Below, one piece after another: positions 9,436 to 18,530 of a stretch of 64,000 nucleotides of DNA (positions within the stretch are counted from its first letter, which is position 1; each line of letters starts with the position of its first letter). The stretch is taken from positions 320,001 through 384,000 of the forward strand of contig JAWABJ010000001.1 in NCBI GenBank assembly GCA_038884755.1, read 5' to 3'. Under the pieces are notes generated by a model. That model was not told the origin of the DNA. It saw nothing but the letters and a program-made list of their open reading frames with translations, and made no database searches. The position numbers were made by a program, and so were the translations under genes. The stretch is from Candidatus Norongarragalinales archaeon (GTDB taxonomy: Archaea > Micrarchaeota > Micrarchaeia > Norongarragalinales > Norongarragalinaceae).

Positions 9436-9582
9436 ATGAACGGTTTTTGGGCTTTGGTTTTGCTGCTCGTGCTTTTGGTCGAGCCGTTGCGCGATTCGCT
9501 GTGGGGCTTGCTTTTGGGCGCGGACGCGCTTTCGCTCCTTGCAGTCCTTATTGTAGTGTGGTTTTTGGCCAGCGGCGATTGA
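9436..9582 (+). CDS. 48-aa two-TM microprotein
   Basis: Manual translation MNGFWALVLLLVLLVEPLRDSLWGLLLGADALSLLAVLIVVWFLASGD fills the gap. Confidence 0.6.
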   Translation: MNGFWALVLLLVLLVEPLRDSLWGLLLGADALSLLAVLIVVWFLASGD

Positions 9583-9591
9583 GCGCTAAAA

Positions 9592-10155
9592 TCAAGTTTT
9601 GCTTCTGAGAAGGAGTTTCCTGTCGGTATCCAGGATTTTTTGGTTGATGTTTTCCAGCGCCTTGAGCAGGGCGAGCGCCTCGTCGATTTTTTCCTCGAGC
9701 GTTTCAGGCTGTGAGGCTTTGGCGCCGGCAGCCGGAATTTCGATTTTCTCTTCCTTTTCTTCCTCGGGCTCTTCTTCCTTTTCCTCGCGGACTATTTCAA
9801 CTTGCGGTTCTTCCAATTCCTTTTTTTCTTCCTTTTCCTTGAACAGGCTTTTCCCCTGCGTTTCGACCAGGTCGCTCACGCTTATTTCCAGCTCGCCCTT
9901 CCTTTTTTGAGGCGAAGCCGCTGCCGCCGCGACGGGCTTTTGCGTTTTTTCCTCGGAAATTTCCTTGAACAACCCGCCTTGGGGTTTTGGAGTTGCGGCG
10001 GGCGAAACTTGGGTTGCCGGAGGCTTTTGCGTTGCAATGGCCTCGTCGAAAAGCTTTTCCGCGTCCCCGACCCCGAGTTCCTTGAGGTTGGTTATCACCT
10101 GCTCGCGGGTAAGCCCTTTGTCGAGCAGCTGCCTTATGACGATTTTCAAATCCAT
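9592..10155 (-). CDS. Hypothetical protein with Glu-rich linker and C-terminal coiled coil
   Basis: MDLKIVIRQLLDKG...; low-complexity middle; LEEKIDEALALLKALENIN. Confidence 0.7.
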   Translation of the reverse strand: MDLKIVIRQLLDKGLTREQVITNLKELGVGDAEKLFDEAIATQKPPATQVSPAATPKPQGGLFKEISEEKTQKPVAAAAASPQKRKGELEISVSDLVETQGKSLFKEKEEKKELEEPQVEIVREEKEEEPEEEKEEKIEIPAAGAKASQPETLEEKIDEALALLKALENINQKILDTDRKLLLRSKT

Positions 10156-10250
10156 ACGCACAATAACCCGAACAGGCTTTTTAACTCTTTTTCGCTTTGC
10201 TTTGCGGACGTTGCGCAACTGCTTTAAAACGAAAGCGGCTAATGCATAGC

Positions 10251-11714
10251 ATGGAATTGGACTTGCCTTTCGGGCCTTGGAAGGAGATTGCGTCGGCGGA
10301 TTGGAACGGCGTTCCCACGGGCGTATACGCGAATTCTGAAAAGCTTTTGCTCATGGTCGCTTTTTCGAAAGAGCCGCCTTCGGAAGGGAAAGGGAAAAAG
10401 CAGGGCGAGGAATCGGCTTTGCCCGAGCTTCCTTCAGGAAAGCAAGGGGTTTTGGTTTTGCTGAAAAAACCCTTGTTTTTGGAGGGGCCCGGCGGGAGCG
10501 TTGAAAAGTTTCTGCAAAACCAGACGCGAGACTTGAGCTTGGTTTCGAAAGTTTTGGACAAGAGGCATTACACTTACGTTTTGCTTGAAGCCCAGCCGTT
10601 TTTCGTGGAGTTCAGGAAGGAAGAGCTGGTGAAAGCGGTGAAAGCGCAGCGCGAGGAGGTTGAAGCGCTGGCGAAAATAACTTTCGACGTGGCCCGCAGC
10701 TACGGCTGCAGGGCGAGGGAGTTGGACAAGACTGAAGAAGGCGTGAGCGAAAACCTTTTGGGCGACCCGGTTTCGTTGTTCGCCTTCAGCGGGTTCAAGG
10801 GAAGGCAGTCTTCCTCGCAACTGCAGGAAAAGAAATCCGTTTTGGGCTTCGGGGCTGACGGACAGCAGGTGGAAATTTCCCCGGCCGAAATGCAAGTTTC
10901 CCTGGTTTCCGGACAGGGAAAGCAGCCGCGCTTGAAGGCGATGCAAGTTTGCATCGAAAACCTCTTGATTTCGGGAGTGCCTTGCCTGGTCGTGGGCGAA
11001 AGCGATTTCTTCCAGTGCCTCGCTTTCCCCAACAAGAATTCGGTAGAGCTGGAAAAAGCGGGCTTGCCGAAAGCGTCGGGCTTTCCGCTGAAAAGCTATT
11101 CGCTGGGCAAAGGGTTTTACATCGACTTGCGCTTCGTCCAGGCCAAGTCTTTTTCAAAGCTTTTCTTTCCTTCGGAACTGCAGGGTTTGGTTGAAGGCGC
11201 TTGGGGCGAAGGCACGCTTTCCGGCCTGAGGGAAAAGCTCGAGCAACAGCAGCAGAAGTACGCTTTCGCGAAGGCGATTCGCATTTTAAGCGCAGCTGAA
11301 AAAGCGTTTCCCGGCTTTTTCGCTTCTAATTCCGCGGAAGAGCTGAAAAACCCGTGGTCTGCAACCGGGAAAGTGGCGTTGTTGAACGCCGAGGCCGGCG
11401 AACTGCACGCGCTTGCAGTCGAAAGCGTTTTGAATTCCTTGGGCGAGCCGAAGGAAGGGAAAACGCTGGCTGTTGTTTTGGAGTCTGACGCGGCGAAACT
11501 GCCTGCGGAAACGATAGGGATTTTGTCTTCGGTTCAAAGCAAGCTGTTCCTGGTTTTGAATACAGAGTCGGACGCGGGAGAAACTGCGTTGGAATCCATC
11601 GCGCCCACGCTGAGGATTGAGTTGCTGGGCGCGACTTCCGCAAGCGGAGAGGTTGTCGCTTACTTTTCGGGAGAAAAAAAGAGGCTGGTTTTGAGGCCGG
11701 CTTTCTCGTCTTGA
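10251..11714 (+). CDS. Degenerate HerA/DUF853-like P-loop protein
   Basis: VSLVSGQGKQPRLKAMQVCIENLLISGVPCLVVGESDF..LAFPN follows the HerA N-terminal layout, but Walker A is broken. Confidence 0.55.
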   Translation: MELDLPFGPWKEIASADWNGVPTGVYANSEKLLLMVAFSKEPPSEGKGKKQGEESALPELPSGKQGVLVLLKKPLFLEGPGGSVEKFLQNQTRDLSLVSKVLDKRHYTYVLLEAQPFFVEFRKEELVKAVKAQREEVEALAKITFDVARSYGCRARELDKTEEGVSENLLGDPVSLFAFSGFKGRQSSSQLQEKKSVLGFGADGQQVEISPAEMQVSLVSGQGKQPRLKAMQVCIENLLISGVPCLVVGESDFFQCLAFPNKNSVELEKAGLPKASGFPLKSYSLGKGFYIDLRFVQAKSFSKLFFPSELQGLVEGAWGEGTLSGLREKLEQQQQKYAFAKAIRILSAAEKAFPGFFASNSAEELKNPWSATGKVALLNAEAGELHALAVESVLNSLGEPKEGKTLAVVLESDAAKLPAETIGILSSVQSKLFLVLNTESDAGETALESIAPTLRIELLGATSASGEVVAYFSGEKKRLVLRPAFSS

Positions 11715-11717
11715 GTT

Positions 11718-12413
11718 TCAAGCTTTGGCGGCTTGCTCGGACTGTGCTATTTCGGCGGCGTCGCCAATGCTTTCGCTCAGCACTTTCAAGAAGATTTCGC
11801 CGAAAACCTCGTCCTGCCAGGCGTCCACTTTCTGCGAGTTTACCAAGTGCAGGATTGGAATGAAGTGCTCGACCGTCTTTCCTTCGCTCAATTCGGAAAA
11901 CAAAACGAGGCTGTCGGCGTCTTTCAGCGCCTTCGCCTTTTCGAAAACGTCGGAAATCCTTTCGCCCATGGTTTTTTGCGGAAGCTGCACGTTCAGGGCG
12001 ATGGGCGCGGGGATGATGCGTTGTATCCTCCTGCCCTGCTTCATGACGCTTTCCACCGCAGTCATGAGCTCTTGAAGGGTAACGCGCCGCGCGCGGGGGC
12101 GGTTGGGCTTGAGGATGAGCTCGGGCAGTTCTTCTTGGATGAGCATTGGCGTTTCTTCTACGGCCGCGTCGTAATACTCTTCCAGAGGCTTCCATTCAAG
12201 TGCGTCAGCTTTGAACCTTAAGAGCAATGAAGATGCGAGAATGACGTTGGCGGGAATGCGCAAGTCCAGCGACTCCCAGTTTTTAATGCGTTCGAGGCAT
12301 TTGTCGGCTACTTCGCACAAGTCAATGTCCCACGGGTCCATTTTCTCGCTTTGCACTAAGTCTACTAGGAACTCTCGCCACGTGGGTTGCACTACTACTT
12401 CCAACAAATCCAT
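11718..12413 (-). CDS. scpA: Segregation/condensation protein A (kleisin)
   Basis: MDPWDIDL, ANVILASSLLLRFKA, RRVTLQELM, FIPILHL..QDEVFGEI. Confidence 0.9.
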   Translation of the reverse strand: MDLLEVVVQPTWREFLVDLVQSEKMDPWDIDLCEVADKCLERIKNWESLDLRIPANVILASSLLLRFKADALEWKPLEEYYDAAVEETPMLIQEELPELILKPNRPRARRVTLQELMTAVESVMKQGRRIQRIIPAPIALNVQLPQKTMGERISDVFEKAKALKDADSLVLFSELSEGKTVEHFIPILHLVNSQKVDAWQDEVFGEIFLKVLSESIGDAAEIAQSEQAAKA

Positions 12414-12479
12414 TTTTCTTTCACTCTAGTGGGTAATTGAAAAGAACGGCCGGCCCGAATAAAAAGGTTTCTGCCAGTT

Positions 12480-13832
12480 TTACCTTGCAACCAGCCGCTT
12501 GAGGCCTAGGGGGACTATTACGGTGGTGAGGAAAGCCATTGCCGAGATTACGGAGTATTCTGCAGCGTTCAAGAGTGGCTGTCCTTCGGACCCCAAAGCA
12601 GTTAATCCGAACAAGGCTATGATCAAGGCTATTTCACCTCTCGGAACCATTCCTACGCCTACTGCAATCGCCTCTTTCTTGGAAGCGCCGAAAACCCCAG
12701 CTCCCAAACCGCAGCCAACGATTTTTGTCAGTATGGCTATGGCGGTTATCGCGATGATGGGAATTGCGTTTTCGCCTACTGTCCTGATGTCCACGAACAT
12801 TCCCAATGAAATGAAGAACAGCGGAGTGAAGAACGCCTCGAGTGGAAAGAAGGCTTCGAAAATTTTCTCTACGATTTTGGAATAGTTGAGCGTGACGCCG
12901 GCAATGAACGCGCCGACTATGGCGCTCAAGCCGATATATTCGGCTGAATAGGCGTAAAAAAGCATGAACGCGAGTATGGAAAGGAGCGTGCGTTGGGACA
13001 GCCGTTCTTCCCTGATTTTGTCGAAGTGCTTTCGCACTATCCACCTTCCGATCAAGATGCCTCCTGCAACGAAAACGAACGCTATGAACGCTATGCTCAA
13101 GAACGGGCTAAGGGCTTGGACCGTGAAGCCCGCGGGAACGTGCTGGACCAGCGAAAGAACGAGTAAAGCCAGAATGTCGTCTATCACTGCAGCGCCTAGA
13201 ATCGTTTTCGCGAATTCTTTTTCCAAAACCTTGAGTTCTTGAAGCACTGCGACGGTAACCCCCACGCTCGTCGCCGTAAGCGCCGCTCCTAGAAAAACGG
13301 CGTAGAAAAAGCTTCCGCCGGTCAAAACCGCGTAGTAATACCCGCCGACGAAAGGCACTAGCACGCCCAAGATTGCAACAATGAAATTGCGGGTGTTGAA
13401 AATGCTCTTGATTTCCGAGTGCAGACCGATTTTAAACAACAGGATTATCGAGCCTAGCTGGGCGAAAATGCGCACCACGCCTTCGGCTGAAACCAAGTGC
13501 GGCAATTGCGAGGGGAATACAGGGAATATTGAATTCAGAAAGCCGACTAACAGGGGCCAAGCGAGGGAGACTGAAGATGGGGATACTGCCACGCCCAAAA
13601 GCAGGAGGGTCATCACGAACGGCTGGCGCAAGTGAACCACGAGCAGTTCGGCGAGCACCGCGGCGAAAAGCAGGAAAGTGATTTCAAACCAGATTCTTTT
13701 TTCTTCGGCAACGTCGCCGAACAGGCTGGCGCGCACTACGGAAAAGTAGAGCAATACCGCCAATACCACTATGATTCCCACGGCGATGGGACCTGCGCTT
13801 TTCCTAGCCTGCCTTACGCTTTCTCTTATCAT
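12480..13832 (-). CDS. Cation:proton antiporter (CPA2)
   Basis: ATSVGVT, AAVIDDI, GMVPRGEIALI; about 12 TM. Confidence 0.9.
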   Translation of the reverse strand: MIRESVRQARKSAGPIAVGIIVVLAVLLYFSVVRASLFGDVAEEKRIWFEITFLLFAAVLAELLVVHLRQPFVMTLLLLGVAVSPSSVSLAWPLLVGFLNSIFPVFPSQLPHLVSAEGVVRIFAQLGSIILLFKIGLHSEIKSIFNTRNFIVAILGVLVPFVGGYYYAVLTGGSFFYAVFLGAALTATSVGVTVAVLQELKVLEKEFAKTILGAAVIDDILALLVLSLVQHVPAGFTVQALSPFLSIAFIAFVFVAGGILIGRWIVRKHFDKIREERLSQRTLLSILAFMLFYAYSAEYIGLSAIVGAFIAGVTLNYSKIVEKIFEAFFPLEAFFTPLFFISLGMFVDIRTVGENAIPIIAITAIAILTKIVGCGLGAGVFGASKKEAIAVGVGMVPRGEIALIIALFGLTALGSEGQPLLNAAEYSVISAMAFLTTVIVPLGLKRLVAR

Positions 13833-14046
13833 TGTACATTATTTTCCTGTCTTTTGTTAGAAAAGCTTTTGCCCCCAAGCCCAGGAAAAAGCCTGGGATG
13901 GCAAAGATTCCGAACAGCACGAACAGAGTTATTGCAAGTGCAACCAGCAAAAGCATGCTTCTCGGCTTGCTCCACACGAAGAGCAATGCTATCGCGAATC
14001 CCGCGGCTAGGGAAAAAATGTTGAACCAAAACAACGGGATTTCCAT
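13804..14046 (-). CDS. Small membrane protein
   Basis: 80 aa, hydrophobic, directly upstream of the antiporter. Confidence 0.6.
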   Translation of the reverse strand: MEIPLFWFNIFSLAAGFAIALLFVWSKPRSMLLLVALAITLFVLFGIFAIPGFFLGLGAKAFLTKDRKIMYNDKRKRKAG

Positions 14047-14070
14047 TCAAAAATAAAGAAAAAAGAAGAA

Positions 14071-14096
14071 GAAAAAGGGCGTTGAAGCCCTTTTTC
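14071..14096. terminator. Hairpin terminator candidate
   Basis: GAAAAAGGGC-GTTGAA-GCCCTTTTTC just downstream of 14108..14461(-), followed on the minus strand by a T-rich tract. Confidence 0.55.
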
Positions 14097-14107
14097 AAAA
14101 TGTTTTT

Positions 14108-14461
14108 TTAATCTTTGGAAATGTCGTACACGGCCTTCAAGGCGACTATTGCCACAGCGGGAGCAACGAAGATGGCGATGTTGTTGAACACCGGAGCCAT
14201 CCACGAGCCGATACTGCCAGGCAAAGCCCTGCCGAGCGCGCCCAAACTGGTTGCGCTCAAGAGGAAGCCGATTCCAGCAATCAAAAAGTGCTGTACTTCC
14301 TTGTCGCTTATGTTGAGCAGTCCGACGAGCAAACCGAGTACGCCAAGAACCATGGCCACGGTAGCGTCAGTAGCTCCGAATAAGCCCGCCAAAATGGCGA
14401 TTACCAAACCGCCTAAGTACGCCCAAGCGCCTATTGCGGGCATGCTGTCTCCCTTTGCCAT
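14108..14461 (-). CDS. 4-TM membrane protein
   Basis: 117 aa, GAWAYLGG..GLLNISDKE..FLIA; strong GAGGTGA SD. Confidence 0.8.
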   Translation of the reverse strand: MAKGDSMPAIGAWAYLGGLVIAILAGLFGATDATVAMVLGVLGLLVGLLNISDKEVQHFLIAGIGFLLSATSLGALGRALPGSIGSWMAPVFNNIAIFVAPAVAIVALKAVYDISKD

Positions 14462-14636
14462 TTACCTTTCACCTCTATGCAAACCCCCAAGGTGGTAATT
14501 GACTAACCTACGCCAGTGGTGGGTTAAACTTGAATAACTCAACTACCCGCCCGCCCTATAAAAAGATTGTTTCTTTCGTCAAACGCCGAAAAGGCTGTAG
14601 TGTTTGGGGGTTTGGCGAAACCCTACGCGGTTTCGC

Positions 14637-15116
14637 TCATTCTTCGACGATTAGCGTTCCTTTCATGTCCCTGTGCCCGTCGCCGCAAAACACGCTGCAC
14701 GAGAAAGTGAACGTTCCGGCCTTGTCTGCAACAAATTCAACTGTAACTTCCTGTCCAGGCTGGAGGTTGGCGTCCACCCCGAAGTCAGGCAGTTTAAAGC
14801 CGTGTTCTACGTCCACGCTCTTGATTTTCAGCTTGATTTTGTCGCCTTTTTCGACTGTTATGGTGGAAGGCTGGAACTCCCACTTTTTGGCAGTCATTTC
14901 GAACTCTTTCTCTGCCTGCAAAGTTGCAGTCGCCGTAGGCGTAGCCGTGGACGTTGCCGTCGGTTGTTCGGTGGGAGTTGCCGTGGTTGAAACGACTGCA
15001 ATCTGGGTGTTTTGGATTGAAGGGGTTGGAGAAGAGTTTTGTACGCATCCCGCCAGCGCAACGGCGAAAACAGCCAATACCAATAAAACTTTGTTGAAAC
15101 CTTCCACTTTTCCCAC
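14637..15116 (-). CDS. Lipoprotein with CuA-type cupredoxin domain
   Basis: Lipobox LAGC, T-rich linker, DVEHGF and CSVFCGDGHRDM. Confidence 0.85.
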   Translation of the reverse strand: MGKVEGFNKVLLVLAVFAVALAGCVQNSSPTPSIQNTQIAVVSTTATPTEQPTATSTATPTATATLQAEKEFEMTAKKWEFQPSTITVEKGDKIKLKIKSVDVEHGFKLPDFGVDANLQPGQEVTVEFVADKAGTFTFSCSVFCGDGHRDMKGTLIVEE

Positions 15117-15184
15117 CTCAAGCTAGCAAAAGGGTTTAAGCACTCAAGAGGCGAATAAAAGCTTTTTCTTTAAATTTTTTTTTT

Positions 15185-17269
15185 TCAAGCGTACTGCTCT
15201 TCCCGGCGCTTGAACGCGAAAAAGATTATTCCCAAAATCGCGAGCAAAGCGACTCCAACCCAAACCCAGGGCACTTCGCTTTTCTTCCTCTGCGCTTGAA
15301 CGTTCAAAGGCTCGCTGGAAGTTCCGTCTTCCGCCTGCAGCCAAAGGGGAATGTTTTCCGAAGGCGGGTCGTCTATGCGCACGGTTATCTCTGCAGTTTG
15401 GCCGGGTTGCAAGTAGAGGTTGTCGGGCTGCATTGCCAAAGCGTAGCCAGTCGGCAGCATCGCTTTCACTCCGGACAGCGGCTTTTCGCCCGTGTTCCTC
15501 ACGATTATGTTGACGTAGAGAATTCTTTTTCCCGCCATTTCTTCAGTCATTTGCGTTTGCTTGATTTCAAACTCGATGCGCGGCGTGGGCTTTTCTATAT
15601 ACAAAACAATTTCCTTTTCCACGCTCGTGCCTTCTTCAGTTTCTACTTTCACCGTAACGTCTTTGGCGTCGGGTTTTTCTGACGCAGGAATGATGAAGAA
15701 AACGGGAATGCCTTGCAGCGCGTTGGCGCCCAAAGGCGCGGGTTGCGTCGAATACCACGCGTCGGGTATTCCTTCGAACGAAACCCTTGCGTTGCCCAAG
15801 TGCTTGTCTAGATTGTTTTTGACCGTGATGAACAGTTTGGTTTCGATTCCCGAGAAAGCGCGCACCGACTCTTGCCTTACCGCCAAGTCGCCTTCGTCAG
15901 GCGGCATTTCACTCTCGGCGAGAATCGAAAGATTGAAAGAAAAAGCTTTCGCGAGCTTGGACGTGCGGATTACGACCGGGAGTTTTATTTTGCCGGTCTT
16001 CATGCTTCGCGAGGGCGTCGCTACGAGGTTGACTTGCTTTTTCTCGCCCGCGGCGAGCGAGAACGACGAGGGTTCGGGCTTTACCAAAAGCTCTTTGGGC
16101 GGGCTGACTTCTACCGCAAAATTCTGGGATACAGAACCGTTGTTATAAATCTCGAAGGGAAGCAGCACTCCCACTTTGCCCTTTCTGACTGAATAGCTTT
16201 TCTCTGCTTTCACGACGAAATCGGTTTTCGCGAAAACTTCAAAGCAGTAGTCGCGAATGAAAACTGGAATGGAATTGTAGGATAGGGTGAATTGGTAGCC
16301 GTAAACGTCGAGTATGGTCGAGGGTTTGGGCTTGATTGAAACCAGGATTTCCTGTGAATCGCCTTGCTTGACTTCCAAAAGCGAGGGGGAAACGCTCAAG
16401 ACTCCCGAAGCCTGTTCTCCGGCGTTCAGTTCGATATCGAACGGCCCTTCTATTTCGCCGTCGTTCCTCACCCTAAGCCGTATTTTCGCTTCCTCGCCGT
16501 GCTGCGCTACGGTGCAGCTTAACGGCTCGTTTTGCAGTACGAGCTGGAGTTTTTCGGAGTAAACGAAAATTTGCGTGGGAAAAACGAAAAAGAATTCTGC
16601 AGCGTCTTTGGTCGTCACCCGCGCGTTGAACGCCATTTGGTGGCGGTTTGTAGGGGTTCCCGGCGGAATCAAGACTTTGATTGAAACGGTTTTCGCCTGT
16701 CCCGCTTCCACTTCAATGTCGCTCGCGGAAAAGCGCGTCGCATCCTTGAAAAACCCTTCGCTCGAAAACCGCACGTAAATCTTGGCGTTTTGGTTGTTCG
16801 TCACGCGTATCGAGTAAGAAATTTCGTCGCCCGGCCTGCCCGACTGGTTTGCGGTGGGAATGAAGACGAATTCGAACGGGTCGCGAGGCTGTTCTTCCGC
16901 AGGCAGCACGGTCAACAAAAGCTGCCTCGAGTCACAGTTTTGGTTTGTGCCCGCGCTTATCGAAAGCGGTATTTGAAACACTCCTGCAGTGAAGCTTTTT
17001 GCGTGAAGCTGGAACGTGGCTTGCTGGGTGGGCGCGAGAGTGGTGTAAGGCGCTTGGGCGAAAGAACATTCAACCGGAGAATCGCAATTCGCGGAGAGGG
17101 AGACCAACTGCGAGTTTATTCCCACGTTGGTGAGCGTTATGGGGTATATTGCCTGCACGCCTTCCCGCACTTGAGCGGTTTCGACGGCCGAAACCTCCAA
17201 ATACGGGCATTGTGCGAACGCCAAAGGCGTGAAAAAGAAAAGCGCTAGTGCCAATAGCCTTGAGTGCAT
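15185..17269 (-). CDS. Membrane-anchored surface protein with NEW3/CARDB-like Ig repeats
   Basis: Signal peptide; repeated V.N.G...l.pG.... beta-sandwich units; C-terminal TM then KRR. Confidence 0.8.
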   Translation of the reverse strand: MHSRLLALALFFFTPLAFAQCPYLEVSAVETAQVREGVQAIYPITLTNVGINSQLVSLSANCDSPVECSFAQAPYTTLAPTQQATFQLHAKSFTAGVFQIPLSISAGTNQNCDSRQLLLTVLPAEEQPRDPFEFVFIPTANQSGRPGDEISYSIRVTNNQNAKIYVRFSSEGFFKDATRFSASDIEVEAGQAKTVSIKVLIPPGTPTNRHQMAFNARVTTKDAAEFFFVFPTQIFVYSEKLQLVLQNEPLSCTVAQHGEEAKIRLRVRNDGEIEGPFDIELNAGEQASGVLSVSPSLLEVKQGDSQEILVSIKPKPSTILDVYGYQFTLSYNSIPVFIRDYCFEVFAKTDFVVKAEKSYSVRKGKVGVLLPFEIYNNGSVSQNFAVEVSPPKELLVKPEPSSFSLAAGEKKQVNLVATPSRSMKTGKIKLPVVIRTSKLAKAFSFNLSILAESEMPPDEGDLAVRQESVRAFSGIETKLFITVKNNLDKHLGNARVSFEGIPDAWYSTQPAPLGANALQGIPVFFIIPASEKPDAKDVTVKVETEEGTSVEKEIVLYIEKPTPRIEFEIKQTQMTEEMAGKRILYVNIIVRNTGEKPLSGVKAMLPTGYALAMQPDNLYLQPGQTAEITVRIDDPPSENIPLWLQAEDGTSSEPLNVQAQRKKSEVPWVWVGVALLAILGIIFFAFKRREEQYA

Positions 17270-17292
17270 GAAATTATTCTGCCTAACCTTGC

Positions 17293-17619
17293 TTAAAAAA
17301 GCTTTTTTGCGGGGCTTTCAGCCAGCGCGTGCCTAGCAGCTTTTTCTCTCAGTTTGGAATAGCCGAAACGGTATTTGAAATTGTGAAAACCGTTTTTCGC
17401 CCTTTCGACTTCGAACCCGCCGAACAGGTAATCGCGGTTTGTTCCCCCCCCCGAGAGTTTTCGAGTAGTAGTCTCTGCTTGACTGTTCGAACCCACTTTG
17501 GGCCAGCCCACTCTTTTTCTTCTGAAGCAAGCTTCCTTTCTCTCAACCTTCCGCCTAAGACTATTTCCTTTGTCCTTCTTCCGGTTTTTTTTTTCGTCGG
17601 CTTCTTCGCTCACGCGCAT
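17293..17619 (-). CDS. Possible hypothetical protein
   Basis: Basic ORF of about 108 aa filling the gap; no motif recognised. Confidence 0.3.
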   Translation of the reverse strand: MRVSEEADEKKNRKKDKGNSLRRKVERKEACFRRKRVGWPKVGSNSQAETTTRKLSGGGTNRDYLFGGFEVERAKNGFHNFKYRFGYSKLREKAARHALAESPAKKLF

Positions 17620-17693
17620 TTCCAAACCCCTGCGGCTCGAGCCTTTTCAGGCTTTCAACCCGCTCGAACGCCGGGTTGAACCGCCAATCCAAT

Positions 17694-18479
17694 TCAACCG
17701 CCATTTTCCCGCTCTGCAATCTTCTTCAAATAATCGGGGTCTCGCTTGAGCTCTTGACCCGCGTGGTTTACGAACGCCATCGCCTGCAAAAGCGGCTTGC
17801 TGGCGAGCATTTCCCTCAGCTTCTGCGGTTCCACCCTGCGCTTTCCAGTTTCAAGGAAAACAGACGGCCCGTCCGGGAAAAACTCGTGCCCTCCTGACGA
17901 AGTGAACATTTCGGCATCGCCCCTCAAAACCATTTGCTCATACTTCGAAACAATGTCGTCTATTTCAAACTCATTCCCGAATTTTTTCCTTGCAAGCACG
18001 AACAGAAGCTGCTTAAGCTCTTCAGGAGTCATGCCGTTCTTGTTGATTGCGGTGTGCGCAACCATCACGCCCAGAAAATTGTCCTCCGCGTTGAGGGAAA
18101 AAGCCTCGCGGTATTCCCCGTACGCTTCTTCCAGTTTCCCCCTGATTTTATCTTCAAACAAATGGTTTCCAGTTTCCTTGGCGTGCAGGTAGTCGGCAAT
18201 CAGCGCGGCCGCGACTTCCAGTCCGTTGTGCACTTGGCCGCTCAACTGGCTTCTCGCGTATTGAAACCCGGTCATGTAAGCGAACTGCCTGACTTTCATT
18301 TCGTCTGAATCGGGGGGCAAGTGCACCAAAAGCGTTTTCGTTCCCTGGAAGAGCTCGAGCTTGCCGTTTTTTTCCCGTTGGGTTGAAGAATATTCCAACA
18401 CCGGGGGCGTGAACTGGAGTATTTCCCTGCAGTTTTGGAAATGGCGTTCGAAAATCTCGTGCGCCGGAAGTTTGGGCAT
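17694..18479 (-). CDS. Hypothetical protein
   Basis: 261-aa ORF with no recognised motif. Confidence 0.65.
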   Translation of the reverse strand: MPKLPAHEIFERHFQNCREILQFTPPVLEYSSTQREKNGKLELFQGTKTLLVHLPPDSDEMKVRQFAYMTGFQYARSQLSGQVHNGLEVAAALIADYLHAKETGNHLFEDKIRGKLEEAYGEYREAFSLNAEDNFLGVMVAHTAINKNGMTPEELKQLLFVLARKKFGNEFEIDDIVSKYEQMVLRGDAEMFTSSGGHEFFPDGPSVFLETGKRRVEPQKLREMLASKPLLQAMAFVNHAGQELKRDPDYLKKIAERENGG

Positions 18480-18530
18480 GATAGTTGAATTGTTTTTGCA
18501 GGCTTAAAACTCTTTTTCCCTGTGGCCACG

